In this document: one piece after another, positions 52,741 to 64,000 of the stretch
Layout: each line of letters begins with the position of its first letter
Numbering within the stretch: position 1 is the first letter of the stretch
DNA from: Neoechinorhynchus agilis
Taxonomy: Eukaryota; Animalia; Acanthocephala
Reading direction: 5' to 3'
Assembly: GCA_051530055.1 (NCBI GenBank)
Contig: CM121342.1
Span: 15,701,480-15,765,479, forward strand
DNA length: 64,000 bases
Notes under the pieces: model-generated
What the model was told of the DNA's origin: nothing
What the model saw: the letters and a program-made list of their open reading frames with translations, nothing else
Database searches by the model: none
Position numbers and translations under genes: made by a program

Positions 52741-54415
52741 ATGATCGACAGTCCGAGCCGATTGAAGCGCAAATCGTTCACTGATTATGAAGGAAGTGAA
52801 TTCAATACGCGACCCAATTCGATATCAATAGCCATTCCGTCGTCGTCTCTCCAGAATGCATGTAGCCACATAATGAAGACAACTGTGGCCAGTCAGATAG
52901 CTCGAAGTGCGGCTATATTCTGCGTTGATGAAATACTGATCTATGGACGTGACGAAGATGCCGAGTTGATGAAGACACTTCTTGAGTACGCTGAATGTCC
53001 ACAATACCTACGCAAGTATTTGTTTGGATTGAACAATCACCTCCGCCATGCAGGTAGTTTATTCTTTTGTTCCACATCTTTTACTTTTTATCTTAAAAAG
53101 GAGTTATGACTCCTTTGGCAATCCCGCATCATATGGGTCGAGACGCTGAGTGGAAATATAGGGAAGGAGTTTGCGTTTCAAACGAACCAGATGGATCCTT
53201 GATTGACGTTGGACTTCAAAAACCGGTTAGCATCATCTACACTCATTCCATTTTATCCCATTTGTACATGACAAACAAACACTATAGTTTTTAAATACTC
53301 GAGAGTGAGCACCTTGTGTAAAACTTACCAACAATTGCCCAGTTGAAGCCGTAAAACGGTGAAAGCTAGGCAAATAAATAAACTCTAGGTCGTATTTGCC
53401 AAATTGAAATTAAAACTTTCCAATTTAAGCAGGCTTTACAATATTCTTGTTCTCGGTAAATTACTTTTGTGCATCTATAATTCGGTCATTTTGCTTTTTA
53501 GATGCATCTATCGATCCAGTTTAGCCTTCAAATCGTTTTTACTCTTCAGAAACCTCTAATCTTTCGAGAATCTACTTTTTTCCAAGTAATTAAATCATCG
53601 CAATTATGTTTTTGTTTGAAGATTGAACTATTCACTCTTGTTTATGGCGTAAAAATTAATAGAATTCATTGATTCCGATATTTCGGAGGCACAATATAGT
53701 ACGCGTTTATCAAGGTTGTTGCGTCTTTTAATAACAAAAACCTCGATAAACGCGTACACTAGATTGTGCCTCCGAAATATCGGAATCAATAAATTCTTTT
53801 AATTTTTACGCCATAAATAAGCAATTATGTTTTTAAAGATCAAAATGGTTGATAAACATGTCTTTTTCTATAGATTAAAGTTAAGCGGAAAATTAAAAAA
53901 AATCTTAGGGTAACCGTGAAAAAGAGCAGGAAGCCCTCAAATGGATATGGTATTTATCGAACATAGTTTGCGCTCATCACATTCGCCTATTTAGGAGGAA
54001 GACTTGTAAGCCCAAATGATCCTGGAGCGAAACGTGGTCTCTATTGGGGATATCATGTTCGCTCATTTGACAAGCTAGACGATATTTTGACGTCCTCAGT
54101 GCTCGACAGATTCGATTTTACTATAGGAACATCTCAAAACGGTGCTCCAGTGACGGATCTGGTTATCAGTGATGTCAAGAGGTAATTTCTAATGGTAGAT
54201 AACTCTTCGTTCAACTCGCTTTTCTTATATCTAAAAGCCGTATCCTTATTGTGTTCGGAGGACCTGATGGTCTAGAGAGATTAGGATTCGATGCTCGTTC
54301 GTTTAATCGGTACGTGAATGTCTTGCCAAACGGTCAAGGAACTCGCACAATCCGTACTGAAGAAGCGGTCTCTATTGTTCTCGCGTCAATCGTACCTATG
54401 TTGTTCATCCGTTAG
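52741..54415 (+). CDS. SPOUT1: SPOUT-domain methyltransferase (C9orf114)
   Basis: SISIAIPSSSL, SQIARSAAIFCVDEILIY, LEYAECPQYLRK, PLAIPHH, YREG, GLYWGY.VR, IGTSQNG, LIVFGGPDGL, QGTRTIRTEEAV. Confidence 0.93.
53636..53825. mobile_element. Near-perfect 190-bp hairpin MITE (family B) in a SPOUT1 intron
   Basis: tttatggcgtaaaaatta..ttgattccgatatttcggaggcacaat / attgtgcctccgaaatatcggaatcaa..taatttttacgccataaa; degenerate copy at about 58521-58670. Confidence 0.88.
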
Positions 54416-54435
54416 AGTGAAAAAGATGATTTTAT

Positions 54436-55599
54436 TTACGAACAACATCTACTTTTGATTCTTGAAAATAAATCTGTCACTGTTCCATTGCGTATTGAAA
54501 TGCGATTAATTCGAATACCTGAACTTTCCGTTCGCCTTCTTCTATTGTACGGATCGTTTGCGTAAGCACGAACTGGGAGACTGTTAATATCGACACACTG
54601 ATCCATCCGATGAAATACTAAATCAAGCAATATATCAATTGCCTCATCAACTCCTTCTCCAGTTGCTGCGGAACATTCAACATACGGCATTTGAAATTCT
54701 TCAGCAAGACCACGAGCTGAAGTCGTTTCCACTTTCCTATCGTTTATCAAATCAATCTTATTGCCCATCAAAACGATATCCGGCTGCTCTGTGTAAGCAT
54801 GAGTGCTCAATTGGAGTAACCAATCTCGAACGCTGTTGAAAGATTGATCATTTGTAACGTCAAATACCAACAAAAATCCAATAGCATCCCGAAAAAACGC
54901 TGTTGTTAATGACCGATAGCGTTCTTGACCAGCAGTATCCTGTTAGAGGACAATCGTGAATTGTTTGCCATTAAAGTAATCATTGGATAAATGCTTTGAC
55001 GTCTATTTTTGAACATGTCTATCGTTTTTTCAAAGTCTTTCAAGTAAAAAATGTGCTGGTGAATCGAAACATCCGCAATTGCGATCACTGCAATTTACTC
55101 GCTTTGCAGTGGTGATTATTCGTGCTATCCATTTTTGGGCTCATCTTGAAAAGGAATCTTATAGACCCATAGCTTTTGTTAATTTTCGAGCCTATGGTAA
55201 TAGAAATTCGCCTTTTAGAGAAGTTCCTATGCTAAAACTTAGTACAGGGAGACGCACTCCAAAATTCTGATTTTCTGCCTTCGACCTTTGATGTTTTCTC
55301 AAATTAGCTGAAAGACTGATTTTCAAAAGAAATTTGACATTTTTGCTTTCTCTTTCCCTAAATGACCATATACTGACCCATAACTGGAGATGAACTTTGC
55401 AAGGCCTGTAATCTTGTTCATCGTTCTTTGATCTGTACATGACCGTTTTTTCTTTAAAATCAATTCCAACGGTCGATATGAATCTCGGATTGAATTCGTT
55501 CTCGGTATATCGGTGGAGAAGAGTTGTTTTGCCCACTCCCGAATCTCCGAGAGCTAAAAATTTTATAAGATAGTCTCTCTGTTTCGTTTGTTGGTCCAT
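54436..55599 (-). CDS. RAB27: Ras-related protein Rab27
   Basis: YDYL-like [34 protein letters not shown]|[37 protein letters not shown]-terminal CCS. Confidence 0.93.
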
Positions 55600-57380
55600 T
55601 TAACAGTTTCCCGGGCGATCAAAAGCGGCAGTGCATTAGTAATAGTTCTTGCACTTCCTTTCTTCGTTTAAAACACCGTTCTCCACTTCGGGGAGTCTTG
55701 TGTCAAACCATTTTAGTCTGCGCATCTAATCGATTCTAGTCAAGACTCATTATGAGCCGGAGAATGAGAATCGAGTGAATGGAGAAGTTGACTGAGGTAC
55801 GTCTTTGTGTTGCTTAGAAAAAGACTTCGGCATGCAATATGCTGCAATAAAAGGTATGAAAATTCGAAGTGGAAACAATATAGCAATTTTTCGCTAGTTA
55901 CGTCTTTAGCTAATACGAATTGAGCTGCATTCTAAGAAGTCAATGCAGGAATATCACGCACAAAAGCTTGTACTTCCTAAAAACGCTGGTTCTTAGAAAA
56001 GGTAGCTTTGTTTGGATGGTTGTTTTAACTATTCTAGTTCATTCAAGACGTTCTTTGGTTTCTAAATAGTTGACCTTTAACATGATAAGCAAATGACCAA
56101 GTACTTTGGGCTCATGAAAGTACCCATCTACAAAGCATCAAATCTAAACACGTAACCAAAAATATTTTTAAGCTGCCTCAAATGCTTACTTAGCTCTTCA
56201 TCGTGCTCAGATTGGCATCGAAAGTTTTTTTCAGGAATCTATAACGAGCTTGTGCCACTGATCTAGTTCCAAAATGTTGCTTTTTTGAACGCGTCGTTCT
56301 GGTCGCAAAAAAACGAAGGTTGCTTAGAAAACCATTATGACTACTGGTGAAAACAAACAAGTCGAGGTTGCGCTTAAGCCCTTTTAAATAAGGAGCTTGC
56401 TTATTAATCAATAAAACCTACGGAGACTAATAGACTGAAAAGGAATTAGGATATCGACTTCCGCGAAACCCAGTAAATCATTCAAATAAATGAGTGAACT
56501 AAAATATATTTTGGTCTTCGTGTACAGTACTAAAACGAACGCACATGACTACACCACATTTCCTCATAAATAAACAAGATCTTACATAAATAGCAATGCA
56601 TTACGAGCGCGATTTGTTTAATGATATTCGCCCTTTTAAATCGGCATTTTAATTTGGAAAGGACATTGTGCACTGAGCGCAAAAGGGTGATCTTTAAACA
56701 TAGATACGAGCATGGTAGAAACCTAACGGTCATTAGCAATGTTAGTACCCGTGTTTTTGGGATGCTGAGCATTTACACTCACATGGGGATACATGCACAA
56801 ATAACAACAATAAGCCGGCATTGAACGTTCACCATAGCGAAGAAACCTTACGCCTGAGGGTTGTGTGTGTGTTTAATCCACGTTTTTTTGCGTTGTTTAT
56901 GTTAAACACGGATACTTACATTGCTTATGGCCGTTAAGTTTCTACAACGTTTGTATCTACGTTTATAGATCACCCTTTTGTGCTCAGTGCACAATGTCCT
57001 TTCCAAATTAAGATGCCGTAATCGTTGATTGAACACACACAGCCCTTAGATCTTTAGTCTAATGTTATTAAAGCTTAGCCATAGAACTACATTTAAAAGG
57101 GCGAATATCCTTAGACAAAAAATGCCAAATCGCGACAATCTTATTCAATGGTCTAGTATCTAATTCATTTCCTTAAAAATGGTAGCTGGCGAGACCATTT
57201 TGTGATGAATCGATCGACTGTTTTCGTACCGTCTCTATTGTACTTTCGATGAACACGTGCATTTGTCTGCATTCGTTCGCTCTGGATGCCGATTTAAAAA
57301 ATAGTGAAATAGAAAAAATTCGGCTCACTTAGGGTGTGTGTGCGTATTGATTAAAAATGTTCTGATCGATTCCAGATTCC

Positions 57381-57779
57381 ATGTATTTGGGGAATTGCCC
57401 ATATTCCCAATACTTTTGCGCCAATCCGGTGCAATGTGGAGGAAATATATATCGTCAGGTGTTCGTCATGCAGGAACCACCACCGGAACATATCATATGC
57501 CGTAAAAGGCTCCCTACACCACCGCCAAACATCATTGAACAAACAATTATCATAAAACCACGAAGGCAGGTGATCCATGAAATTGTAGAACAACCGAATT
57601 GTCCGCCACCAATCGTAAAAAGAAACTTTGTTCAAGGCAATCCAGAACCGCCACAATATTTGAACCATGTTGTATGCGTTCAACCACAATGCAATACATG
57701 GCCAGGATACGTTCTGTCCAATAACAACATAGGATGCTCGTATCCCATGGTAGGGATGCAACAGTTCAACTTTTGTTAA
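57381..57779 (+). CDS. Hypothetical Pro/Cys/Gln-rich protein (132 aa)
   Basis: Compositionally coherent single-exon ORF with EPPPEH, RLPTPPPNIIEQTIIIKP, VIHEIVEQPNCPPP repeats. Confidence 0.6.
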   Translation: MYLGNCPYSQYFCANPVQCGGNIYRQVFVMQEPPPEHIICRKRLPTPPPNIIEQTIIIKPRRQVIHEIVEQPNCPPPIVKRNFVQGNPEPPQYLNHVVCVQPQCNTWPGYVLSNNNIGCSYPMVGMQQFNFC

Positions 57780-58089
57780 ACTGATTAGAGTTATTGGGAA
57801 TAATGCAGTTCTCTGCAAATAGAGGTACTCGGGGGTGGTGGTGCCAAACACCATACGAATAACATTGACGTTTAAAATACAAGAAATGAGTCGTCAAGTG
57901 AAAGACTCAAACATATTTCAAATATGTGAAGCACCGGGGCCATCTAAATACAATTTGTTGTTTCGTTGGGTTCATCATCAGTTCTAAAAAACGAGAACTT
58001 TGTATTATGTTCCCGCTCACATGGTCGATTGATCGAATTTTACATAGGCTTATGTAATTTCTTTGATCGTCCATGTACGGTTTCCGTTC

Positions 58090-58240
58090 TTTATTTGAGA
58101 TGGCCTCCTAGACAAAGCAAATGCCTATCGCAGCCATCAACATAAAATTGGCTGCTGTTAAAACGGGCCCGAATGGGAGATTGCCGTTCCTAGATGTACT
58201 GATCCAAGAAAACCCGAGCACCGATGACTACATGGGTTTA
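58090..58240 (+). mobile_element. Small Penelope-like RT remnant
   Basis: Encodes GRLPFLDVLI. Confidence 0.5.
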
Positions 58241-59138
58241 CAGAACGCGTCGAATGTCGCGTTGAACGAGGTACGAAAAGGTTAAGTGGTAAATCATGAC
58301 CGAACTAGGAGATTATCTCACAGGTATTTCATGAATATATATTTTGATTTTAGGAATGTGTGTTTTACGCTAAAATAATAAAAAATAAAATAATTTAAAC
58401 AAGCATTGGGAATGATGAGTAGAGACTTTAAGAACTACTATTGAACATTTTGGGACAGAGTCCATGCAGTACTTATTAGTAAATAAAAACTATTGTTTAA
58501 ATTACTTTATTTTTATTATTGTTTGTTTATGGCGTAAAAATACAAAGAATTTATTGATTCTAATATTTCGGCATAATCTAGTAAGCGTTTATCAAGGTTG
58601 TTGCGTCTTTTAATAAAAAACAACCTAATATTGAAAATTCCATTCGGGTTAATTTTTACGCTAAATACAAACATGAACACTTCAATCTTCAAACATTTCT
58701 ATTATTTTAGCGTAAAATATATATTCCTGAAATCAAAATATTTATTCTTGAAATAAAAATATATATTCGTGAAATAACCTGTAAACAAAGAACAGAAACC
58801 GGACATGAATGACCAGCGAAGCTACTGCCTTCATAGCTAACAAAATGTCGCAATACAATGAACCATAAGTGCGTGTATGAGAGCCGAATAAGCATTTTAC
58901 GAGGTTCTAAGAGTCTTTATTAAAAAATCATTTACCATGTAAAGATAAAAACGGCAAATTTAATATCTCAAATATTATTATTGTCGCTCCGCGTTTTCGG
59001 TTCGTCTCAACGAATAAGATCGTAAGGTAAACAAAAAATTATTTGACTAACTCGTATGAATAAAAATAGAACCGGTAATGTTTTTACAAACATCTTCAAA
59101 AAGCGTCGAATTTTTGTTAAAATCTTTAACCAAACATT

Positions 59139-59835
59139 TTAAAAGTTCTTTATCTTGCGAATTGTCCTATCTTCGAAAAACTTAATGACTTCCTGTGGAA
59201 ACTCTTTAACGGCATCAGTGCAACTAATCATTGCAAGACCCTGTGAGTGGCTCAGTTTAGCTAAGAGAAAGATCTCGTCATGTTCCTCATAGTATTTGGC
59301 TCCAATAAAGCAATCTAGCTTTTCATTTGTCAAAACAGTGGTCGTCGTCAACTTTTTAATCCCTAACCCCCCCCGCAAATTAAGCACGACCACTGTTTTC
59401 ATTAAAACGATTTGAGGTAAAGATCCGATGACGCAGTCGGAGATCTTCGATGTTGATGGTACATTGATTACAGAACTTGGTTTGGAGCAGTTGACTTCGT
59501 CAATTAACACCTTTGGAACTCTTTGATTATGATCATCGATCAGAGACTTATCCGAATGAGCGATACGTGTTGTCGGTTTGAAAATAAAACCCGAATCAAC
59601 TAACAATACGCATTCGCTTGGTCATATAATCTCTCATGAAAGTACTATCGCCTTTCACCCAAGTTCTTTGAGAATTATCGTACTCTTTCCATTTGACAAA
59701 ATAATACGTTAGATTTAGCGAAGGAATCAGTCGCGATCCATCGATACGTTCCACAGTACGGTTAATCATATTCTTCATACGAGCATCGATGTCCCGGTCA
59801 ATCTCTTGACTGAACTCGATATACGGATCGGTCAT
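59139..59835 (-). CDS. HP1/CBX-like chromo plus chromoshadow domain protein
   Basis: Chromo VERI..YFVKWKEYDNSQRTW; chromoshadow FIGA..EIFLLAKL..AVKEFPQEVIKFFEDR; joined by a plausible 58-nt GT-AG intron. Confidence 0.8.
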
Positions 59836-60149
59836 CTGAAAATAGGTAGCTCGCTATTGATTTGCAATATTACTGAACGAAATGATCTCAGACGGAGTTT
59901 TGACTTAACGGGTCCTTTGCAAAAAATCAAATTTGATGACGAAAGCATAAGTCCAAGTTTCAAAAGTGATTTCGTGAAGGAAAATCAATTAATATCGAAA
60001 AAATACTTCTACGCATATATATCAACCCCTTTATAATAACATTTTATTAAGTATCATGCAAATAAAGCTCTGTCTATACTCTGCCCAATTAATCGACGAT
60101 AAGCAATGATTTTCTCTTCTTAAATTGAAACAAAAGGAACATAATTGAA

Positions 60150-60830
60150 ACAATCGTGACCTGGTGAACCGAATTCGATTGACGGCAGTCTCTACAAGAG
60201 AATCGGGTACTTGGCTCAACGCTCTCCCAATCGCTTCTGTGGTTACCCTTCTCTCCGTCGAGACAGTAAGGAGCGCAGTGTCCCTGCGACTTGGAGTACA
60301 GATGTGTACATCCCATCGCTGCCGTTGCGGAGCGACCGTGGAACCATCGGGACGCCATGATCTCGTCTGTCGGCAATCGGGCGGGAGGTACTCACGGCAC
60401 GCTGAAGTGAACACAATTCTTAGTCGTGCCCTGAATACTATGAATGCGTCCAACATCCCAGAGCCGAGCAATCTTTGCCGACTCGATGGCCGTAGACCGG
60501 ACGATGTCACAGTATTCCCGTAACGCCGATCGGAGCCAGCAACATAAAATTCGCCACCAATAAACCAGGAGGAGCAGCAACCGCCGCTGAGGAACGCATA
60601 AAGACCAAATACAGGGACTTGGGTCGAAATCATTATTTCATTCCCTTTGGCGTCGAGACATTCGGATCGTTTGGTACCGTGGCGCCGGACCTAGTCAAGC
60701 AATTGTCCAAGAAATTGAGACGAATCCCCAGCGATCCGGGATCAGAGCACTGCTCCTACAAAACATTCCGTCCTTTCGACCGTTACACCATAACGGCAGC
60801 TGAGTGATCCAGAGCGGTGGTGTGAATGAT
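60150..60830 (+). mobile_element. Decayed CRE-like (REL endonuclease) non-LTR retrotransposon, 3' part
   Basis: GTWLNALP, SLRLG, CRCG..H.LVC..GGRYSRH, RRPD, FIPFGVETFGSFG. Confidence 0.82.
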
Positions 60831-61587
60831 TTCTGCTCCGAGATTCGGAAGGTTATATTGATAAAGAATTGTTTCAAAGAAATTTTTGTATTACTTTAAA
60901 TTAAATGAATCAAGGTCCATATTCTTCTTCCGCTACAATCCCGTGTTTTCAAACTATTCCCCTTTTAAAAAATTTTAAGATTTAGTTTATCCCATTTCAT
61001 CAAGGTAGCACATGAGAAAGGTTATCGAAATAATTGACGAAGAGGAAATGAGTTTTAGTGTAATTTAGCGACAAAATCAAGTCATCGGTAAGACTGAATG
61101 TAATCTCATTAACTTAAACGGATGGAATATTTAACTAACATTTTTGCATTGTTCACTTAGTGACTTTGTTCAATGGATTTGCAGTGTGAAATCGAACTAC
61201 TATTTTTGTATCCGGAAGAAGTCAATGTGGTCATTTTGAAACCACTTTGAAGCTTTAATCGTTCAAACGTTCATTTGGATCATCGTTTTCGAAACACAAT
61301 TTTCTAGCCTCTTTGAAGATATGGAATGTGCAACAATGGATCGTTCAAGGTTATTTCAAAATATTGAGGATTGCATTCGGGTGGTTGGATATGTTTTATT
61401 TAGTTTGATTGTTGACACCCCGATTGAAAAAACTTACAAACATTTGAATCGACAAAATGACTCCGATTCAATAAGTCGGAATATATTCGTCTCTTTAGCG
61501 CTATCTAACTCGAGTGTCGATAATCGACCTAAATAACAAAGTTATTTCAAGACTCCTTTTTATTATGAATCCTTGTTAAGGGCGACC

Positions 61588-64000
61588 ATGTTTGACATGT
61601 TTATAATTGTGAAGAAATCACACAATGAAGCAACTCTGCTCTTCAAATATCCTGACGACATCCAAGCCGAATCTATGATCGAAGAAGTACCACGATTCGC
61701 CATTCCTATTGATTCTAATCACATGTAGGTTATAGTTTCGTGGATCCCCGAAACTATCTTTATTGAAACTCCCTGGGAATTTAGTCGATTTATCAATTTA
61801 AAAGTTGTCCAAATTTCGAACAACTTTGAATACCAAAAAGCTAAAATTTCCTTTATGTTGTTCGAAAGATTTACTCCGATGTGCACTATTTTTACAAACG
61901 CAGATTTGAAGAATCGCTTTGTTTTGCGCATTTTCGCTATTAATAACGTTAATCGTCTTTTTAATTTTTAATATTGAATTCAGCCAAAAGCAAACAAAAA
62001 TTTAAAAAGTTCATTGAGTGTATTAATTTTATTGTTACAAAATTCATCGATCATCCCGAAAAACTTTTATGGTCATGAATTCCTTATCTCGAAATTTTAA
62101 GTTGGTTTGAATTTTCCTACGGATAGTTTAAAACTTCATTTTGTATTCGATAAAGATGCGATTCCAGCTGAGTTCGTTTCCCCAAACTATTTAGTGAGTC
62201 TGACGAGCAATTCACGTTTGTACTCACGGATGAGATTGGCAAATATAAATACGGTCACTGTTCTCTTGTTCGCAATGAGGATAACGAATTATTGTCCTAT
62301 TGCTTCATAAGGTACGATTTTGAAAGAATTTGGTGTCATTTTCTTAAAGCAAGTGTTTATCAGCGATCATCCTCATTTTGACAAATTCGATCGCATACTC
62401 AGTCATTTTGCAAGAACAACAACAAAAGGTGACAGTAAGGACTTTGTGGATGAAGTATGCAAAACATTAAATAGTCAATGGTTCGACGACAATATAGTAG
62501 TCGATAGTTCCGATTCATTGTTCGGCAAACTCTCGGATCTTGGGATGGACGTCCTTGAGACGATTTTTCGAGTATTGATCAACGAAAGGAGCATATTGTT
62601 CGTCTGCTCAAGTTTAAGAAGATTAACCACCTACGCCCTATCGTGTCTTGAGCTTATAAAACCCTTCAAATGGTAACAATTCATCGTTAAACTGATTGAT
62701 TCGTTATATTAAACAGGCAATCGAGTCTAATATCTATTTTACCCGCACATTTGACTGCATTTGTTCATATGCCGTGTCCGTATATTGTCGGTCTTCATAC
62801 GAGCCAATACAACGTAAGTGAATGTGTCCTTTGGTGACCTCTTATTGTGTACTTAATCAAAAATTATTTTAATTTCTATGAAATAATCAAATTAGAAGAG
62901 TGATTTCACTTGGCAAAATTAGCTAGACCGGTTATTGAATATCGAGATGCCACCTATAAATTATTCTAGAAACAGCGGAGGGTCTTTTTTAGAATCTAAA
63001 TACCGCAAACAAAATGCTTCCAATTCGGTCTGCTAATCTGTTGAGCTTTATTGGTTAAACGTAACCGTATAATTTGTTAAAAAAAGTGTCCTGTGTTGTA
63101 TTCAAAGGAAAATTTAAGTTCTCAAATCCCGGAAACGACAATAATTGAGATTGACTCGAATGGCTCGAGAGTGCTGATTGGACAAAATGTTGACTTTCTG
63201 CCTGCTGCGATGATTGTGAGTAAAATTAGTTTCGTTTAAAAACTTAGACTACGCTATCAGTCTCAGCAACTATTGCGTAACTCGACTGCCGGCGATGGAA
63301 CAATGGGCGATAAATCGGATAGGCTAAGAGTGTCAAGTCTAGCACGTGGTCGCTTCATGCATGCCACGGGCTATCTGACTGGTATGCGCTCGAATTGACA
63401 TTTAAATTATTGAAGCCACACTGCATACTGCTTTTAGACCAAATTGACCCGTTTATTGTTGTTTCCAGCAGCAGCAACGATGGCGACTCCGTTGAGTTCG
63501 ACGAACATGCATATCTGAAGAAATTCCCGTCTGGGCAGGAAAGGAATACGATAAGAAGACTAATGAAAACATTGCTGTTCACTGAAGTAGGTGATTTACA
63601 CCAAAAACGCTCTAGAAAATGCTAAAGTTTATCGATCGAAAAAAACGTAAGGATTGCGGGATTAACGAAATTCTATCTTCTGTAAGAATGGTGCTAAAAC
63701 TATTATACAACAGTTGGCAATCTCGCCCTTTTTTAGGACGATTCCAAAAGACAACCACAAGGGAAAATCAGTCTTAAGGTATTCTAAATAAAAAGTTGAT
63801 CTAGTGACCACCAAAGTCGACGTGTTTAAGAAACTTTATTTTATCAAAAGTACTTTAAAATCTTAGAGTTTTACGCGTGAGTTTTATTCGAGAATCGTTG
63901 AAATGAAATCCGTAATTTGTCAAAGTTTACATTCCCAAAATGTTATTCAGTGAGGAACAGCCTAAGATATCGATGTTCCTTTTGAAATATAGACTTCAAT
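61588..64000 (+). CDS. DENN-domain Rab GEF (3' partial)
   Basis: uDENN EQFTFVLTDEIGKYKYGHC; cDENN VLINERSILFVCSSLRRLT, IKPFKW|QSSLISILPAHL, PCPYIVGLH. Confidence 0.85.

Noticed and set aside
59543-59600. Apparent frameshift between the two HP1-like ORFs
   Set aside because: A plausible 58-nt GT-AG intron joins them in frame.

Overview
Gene-dense, AT-rich eukaryotic DNA, almost certainly from an animal with a compact genome (integrin alpha, DLGAP, Rab27, furin-like convertase). Most introns are short (about 40-60 nt) canonical GT-AG. Genes recognised: HSP110, ELOF1, SAC1, PTS, a kexin/furin-like proprotein convertase, integrin alpha, a DLGAP/GKAP-domain protein, MRPL13, an ABCC transporter, eIF4E2, CPSF6, SPOUT1, RAB27, an HP1-like chromo/chromoshadow protein and a DENN-domain protein. 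Also present: tRNA-Val(CAC), tRNA-Asn(GTT), decayed Penelope-like, RTE-like and CRE-like retroelements, and several palindromic MITE families. Main discovery: six insertions of 73-517 nt interrupt conserved coding exons of otherwise intact genes (HSP110 x2, SAC1 x2, convertase, DLGAP). None has GT-AG ends. Each is bounded by its own unique terminal inverted repeat and sits at a TA dinucleotide, usually duplicated. Precise removal restores the frame and the conserved protein motif. All six can be drawn with the same stem geometry (intron base +n pairs with base -(n+2)), which is the geometry of euglenid nonconventional introns. This suggests a structure-defined non-canonical intron system, or TA-bounded eliminated DNA, in an animal. 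All homology calls are from recalled family motifs; no database search was run.
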